DNA of 64,000 nt from Entomortierella parvispora E1425. Its lineage: Eukaryota; Fungi; Mortierellomycota. The translations under genes were made by a program, and so were the position numbers. Of the stretch, positions 19,954-30,597 are shown in pieces (the stretch's first letter is position 1; the number at the start of each line of letters is the position of its first letter). The notes under the pieces are model-generated. The model was not told the origin of the DNA and did no database searches. It saw only the letters and a list, made by a program, of their open reading frames with translations. The stretch spans positions 992,001-1,056,000 of the forward strand of contig BQFW01000003.1 of NCBI GenBank assembly GCA_020891255.1, given 5' to 3'.

Positions 19954-20652
19954 TGCTTAACTGCCTATAGTGAGAAGTAGTATGTGGAAGAGAGAGTAAG
20001 ATAGAGAAAGAGATAAAGAGAGAGGATGGAGGAGTGATGAGCAAACAAAAAAAAAAAAAAAAAAGAGGAAAACTGAGAGGAAATGGGGTCCCTTTTATCT
20101 GTTTTTTGCGTCAAGAGTAGAGAAGAGAAGGCGAAGATCTTTGCCAAGCGCTGTAACTGCCTTGCCTGCGTTTTGTCTGTCTTGTCTCTCTGTCTGTCTG
20201 TTCCTCGGTCTGCCTCTACCTCTCTGCCTCTCTTTCCTTCTCTCTGCCTGTAATTAAAACGCTGCGCCTCTCGTGATTTGTGAGGAAGGTCATTTCAGCA
20301 ATTATTGGTGGCGTGAAAGCAATTACAAGGTCGACAAAAAAAAGTGCTTTTACGTGGCAGTGCCTCTTCACAGCCCATGTCTGAAGCTCTGGACACTTTG
20401 ACAAAAGGTGAGGCAAAGCTAACACCACGTCGCTTCCCAAAAGAAAAAAAAAAGATTGACGTTAATTTGCAGTTGCAAAAAATATAAAGTCTGGTCGCGA
20501 CGAACGCGTATGAAAGCTGGTACATGAAGGATAAGGATTTTGACAGTTTTATATACAAAGTGGGTTCAATAGGCTGAAGACTGGTTGTGTCAAGTGGATG
20601 GTCAACGACCTTAACTTTCCAGGTCACAATGCAGTCGCGTCGTGTCACCTTG

Positions 20653-21927
20653 CTACTCTGCAAATTCATCATCCAGCCACAAAGTCTGGTCTTCCTTGGG
20701 GATGCCTTCGGCGTCTGCAATCATTTGCTTCAGCTTTTTGACCGGGTCCGTCGGTTCCCCCTTCAATGTGAGGGTCCTTCCTTCAGAAAGCTCGACCACC
20801 ACATGAATTATTGTTCGAAGGCGCACCACAGAGTCCTCTCGGATTCTGTAAAAAGCCAGGGTATGGTGGTCCTCCAACACCCTACTGTCGAAAACAAGGC
20901 GTTGCAGGTCCAGTGAGATATCCTCGACGTCGTTAATCTGTCGCTTCAAAGAAAGGATCGTATCCTGACTGTTGACGTCCAAGCGAAAGCTCTTTCCTGC
21001 AATGGTCTCAACAGTGATCGGGAAGTTTCCTGCCGGTCGAAGAGTCAGACGGAGCACTGACTTCTGCTGTATGTTGCTGTCAAAGACTGACCAATCATCC
21101 TGAAGTCGATAGGATCCCAGTTGCAAGCACTGATCTTCACAGGGGATGTCTTTTCGTTCATGGATCTTGTGCTTGATTTCTCGGATGGTCTCTTCTGGCT
21201 CTGTATCAAAGTGCATAAAATTGCCACCTGGCAACTCGATCGAGATCCACATTCTCTTCATAATGGCCAAATCCAATATGGAGTCCTTCACGATGCCGCA
21301 GTCGAAGAGCGACTCTTCTGGGGCCATGCGGCGGCCCTCAAACAACAGTCGTTGCTGGCCTTGAGGGATACGGTGGTGCCGCTCAATCTCCATCATCAGC
21401 TCTCTGACTTGATCAGTCGGTTCAGCGGCAAAAGTAAGAATCTTCCGACCTTCCTCCATACAGACAGTCAACATGATCCCAACGCGAAGACGGACTGTGG
21501 ATTTGTGCTGAATGTTGTATTCTCCCAGGATTTCATCCGAGTCCAATTTCTTGCCCTCAAAAATGAGCGTCTGCCGGGTAACAGAAATATCTTTCCTCTC
21601 TGCCTGAATCTTTTCCTTGAGAGACTTGACAGTTTCGTACAGACTGACGTTCATGACCAGGGTTCTGCCCGTCAGTTCCTTGACCAAAATCTGAACATGG
21701 TTTTTGGGACAGGGGTGTAGTTCAACGGTGGAGCCATCTTTGAGGTTACATTCAAACATGGTGCAATCCTCGTCCAGTTCAAGTCCACCAAAGATGAGGC
21801 GTTGCTCGCATGGTTTGATACCGAGCCTGTTTTGCAGCTCACACTTGACCCTTTCAAGTTTGTCAAACAGGCGGACGTGGACGTCTGTGAGTGTGCTCGT
21901 GTTGATATCCTTGACGACGACACGCAT
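20653..21927 (-). CDS. Tandem ubiquitin-like (UBL) array protein: 5 complete + 1 truncated divergent UBL domains
   Basis: Repeats of ~75 aa with ubiquitin signatures, e.g. VQILVKELTGRTL...TVKSLKEKIQ...RQTLIFEGKKLD...EYNIQHKSTVRL and EGRTLTL...VKKLKQMIADAEGIPKEDQ. No repeat ends in Gly-Gly. Confidence 0.88.
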   Translation of the reverse strand: MRVVVKDINTSTLTDVHVRLFDKLERVKCELQNRLGIKPCEQRLIFGGLELDEDCTMFECNLKDGSTVELHPCPKNHVQILVKELTGRTLVMNVSLYETVKSLKEKIQAERKDISVTRQTLIFEGKKLDSDEILGEYNIQHKSTVRLRVGIMLTVCMEEGRKILTFAAEPTDQVRELMMEIERHHRIPQGQQRLLFEGRRMAPEESLFDCGIVKDSILDLAIMKRMWISIELPGGNFMHFDTEPEETIREIKHKIHERKDIPCEDQCLQLGSYRLQDDWSVFDSNIQQKSVLRLTLRPAGNFPITVETIAGKSFRLDVNSQDTILSLKRQINDVEDISLDLQRLVFDSRVLEDHHTLAFYRIREDSVVRLRTIIHVVVELSEGRTLTLKGEPTDPVKKLKQMIADAEGIPKEDQTLWLDDEFAE

Positions 21928-22365
21928 GGTGGATAACGAACCAGGTGGGTGGAAGGTGGAGAAGGGAGAGGGAAGTTGTGGTGCTGCGTGTGAAAAGAGA
22001 AGAGAAGAGAGAGAGGGGGGGGGGAAGGGGGGTCAGGTGGGTGGAAAGGGAAGACAGATTGGAAAAATGCGAAGGCGTTTGGTTCATTTTAAGGGTACAT
22101 TGCGCCAATGCATGCTTTTGATGCTCACTGTTTGCTCGTCGAGCACGAAGTATGAACGGAGACGAAGCCATCAACAATCATTTCTCAGTGTGGGTGTAAA
22201 GGACAGTTCAGTAGGAGGGTTCATGGTGATATGAGGATGTGATGAGCAAAGTGCCCTAGCGCAAAGGCTGAGTGGAAGGTGGAAGTGTAGGTGGTGGATG
22301 TATCCCTGTCACATTTTGCCTGGACCACAGTGTTTTGAACGTGTCACCTTTTCTTCACATTCGCC

Positions 22366-23284
22366 ATGAACTCGCCAAGGACAGGATCGCCCAACATCCA
22401 TCTGGAGCCGCCCACAGCTCAGACGAGCCCATCAACCACGGCCGCAGCATCTCCATCGACGTCATTGGCATCCTTCATCACAAAACCTTCGAAATCCAAC
22501 GCCGCCATGGCCCTTGCAGGCAGCGCGGCTACACCGTCCCAGTCCTCGTCTCGGGCGCAGTCTCTCCACTCCTCGATCTCCCACCAGAGCAACAGTGCTT
22601 TTACTGCGAGCGATGCTGCTCGGCATCTTAGTCAGGAACATGTTGCGAGGACAAGCCAGGAGATGTTTCGAAAGATTGCGGAATATATCAAGAGCGAGAT
22701 GCTAAGTATGTTGCAGTAGATGACTGACGGCTGCATCTGATCCTCGAGAATATCAGGTTGCATACGTTGAGAAGAGTTACTTATCCACCTACTCCATTGC
22801 CTCTCACTTTTTGGTAAATCCAATATAGCCACAGGGGAAGACTACAAGCTTCTGGAGAATATGAACAACCTGACCAAGGAGCGATATGGAGAGCTGGCCG
22901 TAATGGCGCAGGAGCTTATGCAGGAAGTCGGGAAACTCAGGACGACATGTGAGTCTCTTGACTGTTCTAGTTGTAGTCTTGGTATGATTATGAATTCACA
23001 AACGCGACCACTCGATTGACCGACAATATCTTCCCTTTTTTCAATAGATTCTGATTTTGAGCCATACATTGCCAGGATTGACGAGATTAGTCAACAAGCA
23101 GACACCATCAGCAACATTGCGACAGAATTGGATGAGTATACAAAGTCTTTAGGTAACGCAGCCCTTCCACCGCCACTATATTGAAAGTAACAAAAGGAAC
23201 TGGATTGTTCCTCCGCTCAGTTTCTGATGCCTTTCTTTTCTTTTTGTCCTAATAGAAGCAAGATTAAAGCGAATCTCAAAATGA
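22366..23284 (+). CDS. BLOC1S2: BLOC-1 subunit 2 (BLOS2)-like coiled-coil protein, 4 exons
   Basis: Spliced reading ...EMFRKIAEYIKSEML|TTGEDYKLLENMNNLTKERYGEL...|YSDFEPYIARIDEISQQ...ELDEYTKSL|EARLKRISK*, matching the BLOC1S2 pattern (DYxLLExMN, ELDxYxxxLE). Confidence 0.85.
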
Positions 23285-23483
23285 AATGAAGAAAAGAGAC
23301 ATAGCCATACCCCCCCCCCGCCCCCTCTCCTCCCTTCCCATGTCTATCGGCATTAACCACATTGTACCATACCAAGTGCCCGTCTAATCTAAACAGAGAA
23401 ATCCTCAAAGGAATAAAAGATCTCTTTTGTGTTTTCCTGTCGTGAATATGTTTTTATTATGGTACATCCCTGGTTCTGTTTCT

Positions 23484-24063
23484 TTACGTCTTTCTGTCGC
23501 GGATAAAGTTATCAGCCTTGATTGCCTGCCTCCTTGCCTCCTTGTGATGCTTCTTGTCGAGAGGGTCGGCTACTCTAGCCTTACGGATCTCGGGATCGTT
23601 GATCTCCCAGAGCCATTCGGGGTAGGCATCATCTGCAAGAGCAATGGGGTCCTTTCCATCCTTCATGTAGTTGATACCCTTCAAGACCATACCCTCGGGA
23701 GCACTCGAGGCGGCGCGCTTGGCTATTTCCGTTGAGAATTGGTGGCACAAAATCAATAAATAAAAAGAAAAAGAACCGGGTTTGAATTAGTCTCTTGGGA
23801 ATCCGAGTGTAAATTCATCATGGGTTCTCTGTGTTGGGCGATGAACCATCCTGAACAATAAGAAAGAGTCTCTTTTGTTGTTCCTGTTGATGAAAGAGTC
23901 TACATGGGCTCGGAATGTAGGCATGTGTACCTTTAGGAGTGGCAGGGGCGGAAGAGTCCTGGGCGTTGAATGCACGGGCAGAGAGCTGGATGGAGCGAGT
24001 CTGGATTCCAGTAGCAAGTCTGAAGGCAGCAAGAGGCCTTGTTGATGTGAATGACCGGAGCAT
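23484..24063 (-). CDS. MRPL54: Mitochondrial large-subunit ribosomal protein mL54 (yeast MrpL37-like), 2 exons
   Basis: Presequence MLRSFTSTRPLAAFRLA. Core SSAPEGMVLKGINYMKDGKDPIALADDAYPEWLW and C-terminal RRQAIKADNF. Confidence 0.9.
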
Positions 24064-24389
24064 TGTGTGCGTGTGAATAAGAGTGGGTTGATGCTGAGAT
24101 GAAATGAATGCAGACTCGAAAAGGCAGAGGGACAGGGAAAGGGGGAAGGAGGAGGAGTGCCGATTCGGTGGCTTGTGCTGCAAATCAAAACAGGGTCGCA
24201 GGCACAGGAAGCCAGCAGGGGACAGACACAGAGGGACTGCGACCGAGAGACAGTCGGAGAGACACAGAAAGGGCCATTCGCATTCTGATCAACAGACCTT
24301 CCACCCTCCCTCCCTTCCTTCCATCCTCCCATCCTCCCACTTCCCCTCATTCACCCTCGGCCAAGGACAAGGACCAACTCACTCCAGCC
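24064..24389. promoter_or_regulatory. Putative bidirectional promoter between mL54 and uL24m
   Basis: Only 326 bp separate the divergent ATGs. The spacer is purine-rich on the left and pyrimidine-rich on the right, as expected for two opposed 5' UTRs. Confidence 0.6.
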
Positions 24390-25363
24390 ATGCATCAATC
24401 ACTAACCACCTTCCGGCGCATGATGATCAACACAAAGTTGCAGCCCACCCGTGTCAAATATGTCGCTCCCAAGGACCAGGTCAAGATGTGGCGCATTGTC
24501 CGTGGTGACGAGGTACCGAACCCATCCACTTGCCTACTTGCCTGCTTCCTTGTTCAGCTGGGGACAACCGCCGCATTGTCTTTGTTGAACCACATCCTGC
24601 CCTCATGGGCTGATTGATGGAGAGGGTTCCATGACCAAGGAAGCGTCGGTTCTAATCGTTTTGCATCAATCTCGTTAGGTTTTCATTACCAGTGGAAAGG
24701 AGAAGGGCAAGACAGGAACAGTCAAGAAGGTCCTCAGGAGCTTGAACTCGCTCTTGATCTCTGACAGAAACATGGTACGGACATGGCAGGATATTGAAAC
24801 TCTGGATTGACCGACTGACCCATGAGTTAGCTTTACAGGATACTGATCAGGATCCTCTCACATCTATAACAACAGGTTACCAAGCACATTCGCCCTCAGC
24901 CCGAGGATCCTACCAAGGCCACCAAGATTCAGATTGAGGCTCCCATCCACGTATCGAACGTCTCATTGATCGACCCCCAGACGAGGTAGGTTGGATTGGA
25001 GACGGTTGTCGGGAAAAGTCGTAGACTTGATAACTACATGCCCTTCTTGGGTGAAAACAACTTGCTAACTGCCCTGCCATTAATCCCCCATATAGACAAC
25101 CTGTCAGGACTCACTACCGCGCTGTCGAGGATCCCGTCACTGGAAAGTCTGAGAGAAAACGTTTCGTCGTTGGCACTGAGGTTGAGGTTCCCAAGCCCAA
25201 GGCTGACATTGCAAAGTACAAGTTGGAGCGCGTGGACAGCCCCAAGGATACCTCAGCCAAGGACGCTCGCGAGGTCACCTTCATCCCTGATATCAACATC
25301 CCTCCCTTCCCCAGCAAAAGCATTTTGGATGAGCTCCGTAACCCTTACTCTAAGTTCCGTTAA
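24390..25363 (+). CDS. MRPL24: Mitochondrial ribosomal protein uL24m (yeast MrpL40-like), 4 exons
   Basis: Spliced KOW motif WRIVRGDE|VFITSGKEKGKTGTVKKV, IEAPIHVSNVSLIDPQT and C-terminal IPPFPSKSILDELRNPYSKFR*. Confidence 0.92.
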
Positions 25364-26488
25364 AGAGCTTGCGTGAGGATCGAGCTCAGTCTACACAGTT
25401 TCTTTCTCTGAAGACTTTTCATTTACACGGCAAGGTACTTTCAGCACAGGGGAATCAGTTAGAAGGACAGGGCTCAGGACAACCCGTTTCACATCCCTAC
25501 TCCATTTTCTAGTTTTATCGGCATCCTTCCAACAACAAAAATCACAACCGTAGACGCCCTGATAGTTAGGATCAGAGCACACACTTCTTTTTTTTTCGTA
25601 GACGAGGATATTCATCTTTGCCTTGTAATATACACACTCATTTTTTTATCTTTTCTATACCACCTACATTTTGTGGTCAATGATGCTTCCGCATGGTAAT
25701 CCATGCCTACTGCCATTTCAACTGGCGACAATGATGTGGTAAGAGTGAGCGCTTGTGTGTGGGAACAAACGAAAAGCAGCTTCCCAGTCTATGGAGCATG
25801 GGTCTAATGCAGATGATTGGCACTCAGCTTCGACCCATTGAACGGGAAGGGCGGATATTACTGATGAATGGTGGAAGAGTCCCCGCCGCACGCTTTTTGA
25901 TCGGCTTTTTTTTTCGGATCATTTTGATTCCTCCCAGTGACACAGCTGTCTATTTTCTCAACGACCCAAGAAAAAAAGTAAGCAATGCCTAATTGAACAT
26001 TGTTTGCACACAAAGATGCATGAATATGTTCAGGGAGAGAGAGGGCGCATTTCCTGGTTGCTGGCTGCACGGTGCTCTTGAAACAACAAAGAGGCAGTGA
26101 ATAGTAAGCAGATCTGTATTGTCGCAGTTTATTTTCCCTTTCAGCGAGATGGCGACAACAGGGTTCATTGAGGGTGGGAAAGAATGAAAGGGTCAGAAGG
26201 TACAGTACTGTACGAACGTTGCACTTCGACGAAAAAACGATCGAATTCTCTTTTTGCTCACGAACCCTTGGAGGCCTGTAAGGTGGAGGGTCGGTCGGTG
26301 CCCTGTCCTTGCGCCCGGCACCGGCGGTGGTGAAATGAGCCGAACTTGACAAAACACGCTTTTAAAACCCTCTCTTCTCGCGCTCTCTTTTCCTCTCTCT
26401 CTTTTCTTCTTTGTTCCCTTCGTTTTATTCTCCACACTCTCCCACTTTTCTTCTACCATCACCTCACTCTTGCAAACGATATTTCATC

Positions 26489-28564
26489 ATGGTTTCTGAG
26501 CACAAATTCACCCCCGTATCTGATATTCCCAAGGTAACTATTGGATTTGTACACAGCTAGAATCTCGATCATCCACCTACTTGCCCTTTTCTTCCTCCAC
26601 TCTCTTTGCTCTATTAACTTCCCTTTTTCAATAGATTGTGGCTGCATCCAGGGCCACCTTCCTTACCCACCGCACACAATCCCTCGAGTTCCGCAAGGAG
26701 CAGCGTAAGTTTTGTACCTCCACGACGATCTTTTCCCTACTGCAGAGAGAGAGGAGATTCTCTCGTTCGGACTAAAAGAAACGAAAAAAAAAAAAAACGT
26801 CCATCATGCAGCCAAATAAACAAAAGATGCATTCTTCTCTTCCTTCTCCTTTTTCTTTTCACAACCTAGTCCGAGCCTTGTATCTGCTGGTCTCTGAGAA
26901 CTCTGCCGACTTGACCGGAGCGATCCGAGCAGACTTGAACCGACCCAGCGACTTTGAAATCCCTACCTGCCTCAGAGTCATCAAGAGCTTTATCGAAAAC
27001 CTAGAGAGCCTGGTCGAACCTCAGAAGGCTACTGGCCTGATTGGCACCGACAAGAGCTTTGTCCGTCTCTCGCCTTTGTATGTGATGTGCTCCCCCCATC
27101 CAGTCTCTTAAAAAAAAGAAAGAGACATCGTCATTGTTACTAACTCGAATTTGTTGACTCTTGTCCTCTGCGGCTCGCCTTCTTTGTAGGGGAACGGTTC
27201 TGATCATTGGAGCATGGAACTTTCGTAAGTCCCTTCCCTCTTGCCCCTCTTCTCTACTCTCCTGCTACCCAAAACCCATTTGCTGGGGTCCAGTGGCACT
27301 CAATTATGTCTCCCCACTGTGTCGTTCTTGTGTAAACTTTAATTTTCGAAGCTCAGAAAAAAAAATACCTGACATGGAAAAATCCCTTTCTTTTTCTGAA
27401 CGTTACTCTAGCCATCATGCTGGTGATCGAGCCCCTTGCCGGAGCCATTGCGGCCGGAAACACCGCCATCGTCAAGCCCTCAGAAGTCTCTGTGACCTCT
27501 GACACGCTTCTCACCCGTTTGTTGAGAAAGTACATGGACCCCAGCGTGGTCGCGGTCGTGAACGGTGGTGCAGAGGAAACCACCGTACTCCTCAAGGAGA
27601 GATTCGACCACATCTTTTACACGGGTGGTGTCGCTGTGGCCAAGATCGTCATGCAGGCAGCCGCCAAGAATCTCACGCCCGTGACCTTGGAGTTGGGCGG
27701 CAAATGCCCTGCTATCGTGACCGATAAGACCGATCTTGCCAAAGCCGCACAAAAGATTGCGGGTTGGAAGGCCTTGAACTGTGGTCAGGTCTGTTTGTCG
27801 GTTGATTATGTCCTCTGCCCTCGTCACTTGCAGGACGAGTTGATCAAGAACTTGATCGGTACTTGGCAACACATGTATGGCAAAGATGCGAAGCAGAGTG
27901 ATGTGTACCCTCGCATCATTACCAAGCGTCAATTGGAGCGCTTGGAGAAGGTCTTGAGCGTGGCCAAGAAGGAGAACAAGGTCGTTTATGGAGGAGAGTC
28001 GGATCTGTCCAACCGTTACATGGCCCCCACCATCCTCACCGACGTCAAGCTTGAAGATACCATCATGGAGGAGGAGATCTTTGGACCTCTCTTGCCTATC
28101 ATTGATTGCGAAGATATTCAAGGCGCAGTTGATGTTGTCAACAAGGGCGAACATCCCTTGGCATTGTACCTCTTCTCGGATGACCCCGTTCACGTCGAGA
28201 AAGGTAACGAAACCAGGACATATCTTTCTTGCTCCTCGATCGACTCTTTTTGTGTCCTGACCGTTGCCTTTTCCTTGTTGATTGCTTATCCTTTAGTTCT
28301 CTCGGAGACCAGATCCGGTGGTGTTATCGTCAACGATATTGCTACCCACTTCTCCAGTAAGTTGAGACAAAGAAAGAAAAAGAACCCCCACTGGAGATAT
28401 CCGTTCGTTGACTTAACACTCTTCCAACAAAAAAAAATGTAGACCATAGCTTGCCTTTCGGCGGTGTTGGACATTCAGGAATTGGCAACTACCACGGCAA
28501 GTACTCGGTCGAGACCTTTTCCCACAAGCGTGCTGTCATGGTCCGCTCTCAAGCCCACTTGTAA
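26489..28564 (+). CDS. Class 3 (fatty) aldehyde dehydrogenase, multi-exon, ending in -AHL
   Basis: [11 protein letters not shown]|[32 protein letters not shown], catalytic [33 protein letters not shown]. Last exon reads ...[14 protein letters not shown]. Confidence 0.93.
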
Positions 28565-28899
28565 AAAATTGAAATTGGCGATGGGCGGGAACACCCACTC
28601 CTTGGACATAGTTTTTTTTGCCACAAGGGTTATTGTAATAAAAATTCTACACCCATGTAAAAATTATGACTTGGTGCAAGTTGCAGAACTCTGGGTTTCC
28701 GAATGGAAAGAGCAACACCTCCCCAAACACCCTTCGATGCCTCCCAGCAAATGCACTCACCCACGCTTCATCTTTTTCTATCGTAGGTGAAAAATCCCCG
28801 ACTACCAAACCATCCAACAGCAATCTATGGCGATGAATATGATATTTTGTTATCTTAATGACATACATCAAGACAGCAGCGCTATCACGAAGGATACCC

Positions 28900-29100
28900 T
28901 GCAGAAGACCGACGCTGCATTTCTATCACTATTCCAGGATGGGAGTTACCACCAGCTATGGTGCATATCGCAACAATACATTCATGCTATCCGATCCCTG
29001 ACGCTGAGTGTTGAGGTGAAAGTGGGGGAGGCCACCTCGGGGTCGCTCTTCAATTTTTTTGATGGAGACGTGCAGGAAAGAGGTTCCATGTGCAACCGAT
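28900..29100 (+). pseudogene. Frameshifted fragment of an F-box/RNI-like gene, paralogous to 38723-40480
   Basis: IRSLTLSVEVKVGEATSG matches IRSLTLSVEVRVGEGTPG, about 80% nt identity over ~50 bp (28993-29042 vs ~39668-39717). A frameshift in a T-run is followed by LMET vs LMEA. No intact ORF. Confidence 0.75.
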
Positions 29101-29480
29101 GAGGGAAACACCAGTTGAATAACAACGTAAGCTATATCTTTTGAGATAATGATGCGACCTGTTATTGCAATGACTTTTTGGAGCGAATGTGATCATAGTC
29201 CATAATCGATGCAAGAAGCCATTTGGGACTGAAGGATGATGGCCAACGAGAACCCTATCCAGGATCCGGCTCCAAGAACCCAAACTCTGGAATGTGCAAC
29301 AAACTGCTGATGTTCCAGGGCGACTGTGGCAGCTGAGGTCAGCGTTCAACCATGCTGTAAGAGTAGACAGCATTTTTTTTATTGTGCTGCGATTCAAGAG
29401 AGTTCGTACGACAAGAGGGTCCATCCCTATAGACAAAAAAGTGTGGATGCTGACAAGCAAAACGGTTTGAGCTTCGCCCA

Positions 29481-29735
29481 TTATTCCTTCTTGGCCTTCG
29501 CTTGCATATGATCGCGCTCAAAGGCCGTGGCGTTGGTACCCATGGAGCTCATGAATGCGCCGGGCATCAAGGCGGGACCGACGTGGAACTCGCTTCTGAG
29601 ATCTGGGCCCGAGTTGTTCTTGTTGTCGTTTCCAGAGTGACGACCCTTGGGAGGTGGAGGGTTCTTCTTGTCCTCATCTATGGGGAGGATGTTGAACTCG
29701 CCCTTTTCGTGCTTGCCTGGTCCATGGGTAGACAT
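29481..29735 (-). CDS. Small hydrophilic hypothetical protein (84 aa)
   Basis: ATG preceded by a CT/CA-rich 5' leader typical of genes here; coding-like codon pattern (C/G-ending, AAG/GAG). No recognisable domain. Confidence 0.6.
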   Translation of the reverse strand: MSTHGPGKHEKGEFNILPIDEDKKNPPPPKGRHSGNDNKNNSGPDLRSEFHVGPALMPGAFMSSMGTNATAFERDHMQAKAKKE

Positions 29736-30490
29736 GATGAATTGCCGTTGCTGTGTGTATGTGTGAGCGTGTGCGTATGGAAGATGAAAGTGTGAATATC
29801 AAGGTGTGAGTGTCAAGGAGTGGCAGCTGAAGAGTGGAGTTGTGTGAGGAAAGGAGAAAAGAAAAGAGGCGAAGGGAGAAAGAAGAGCAGATCAAGAAAC
29901 GCCAAGAGAAAAAAAAACCTAGCTTCCGTCATGTGACGAAGCAGTTTTCCTATGAGACATATGCGTTCTGCAACGAGCTGCCATCGCGCAATTGGAATTA
30001 GGAGCCACCTGCCAGGTGGGTAGAACTTGTGGGGGAATCCAAGGTGTTGACCATCATCTTGTCTCCAGTAGTTCGTGCTTTTGGGAAGAGTAGCCTCGAT
30101 CAGTCAGATGTTCAAACGTGCACAGTTAGTTCGACAGTCCGACAAACATGAATGACACAGCCACCCCCATCGCCGATTGAACCAGCTGTGTTATCCACTG
30201 CAGCAAGATCGTTCCGAAAGTGCACAGCAACACAGCAGGGCGTTCATGTGGGGAATACATATCATTTTTGCAGTTGCATGTTTTCAAACATCAGGATGAC
30301 ATCACACCACAGAATATTGACCAAGATGGTCAACAATGACGAGGAAGTAAAAGCAAATAGGGCCGGGTCGCGTCGTCATCATTATCATCATTTAGTGTGT
30401 TCAACGACATGGCAGGGTCTATGTGTCTCGATTGTTTGTTTGTTCAGGTGCTCATTTGCTCTCTTGATCCAAGTTCCCAGGGACAGGGGC

Positions 30491-30509
30491 ATTGGTGACA
30501 ATATAAAAG
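30491..30509 (+). promoter_or_regulatory. Reverse CCAAT box (ATTGG) plus TATA box (TATAAAAG)
   Basis: attgg at 30491-30495 and tataaaag at 30502-30509, about 90 bp upstream of the ATG at 30598. Confidence 0.5.
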
Positions 30510-30597
30510 GCTTCCAATGCCCACCGTTGTTTTCAAAAAAAAAGATCATTCAGAAAAACAAACCCTTCAACTAAAACACACGCACATCTACACTATC

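Noticed and set aside
12158-25363. TUF1 + mL54 + uL24m as a mitochondrial-translation gene cluster
   Set aside because: TUF1 is 9 kb away, with four unrelated genes in between. Mitochondrial-translation genes are numerous, so this proximity is plausibly chance. I found no exact Puf3-type TGTAHATA in the nearby 3' regions I read.
27480-28193. 237-aa antisense ORF over the aldehyde dehydrogenase
   Set aside because: Typical antisense shadow of a codon-biased gene.
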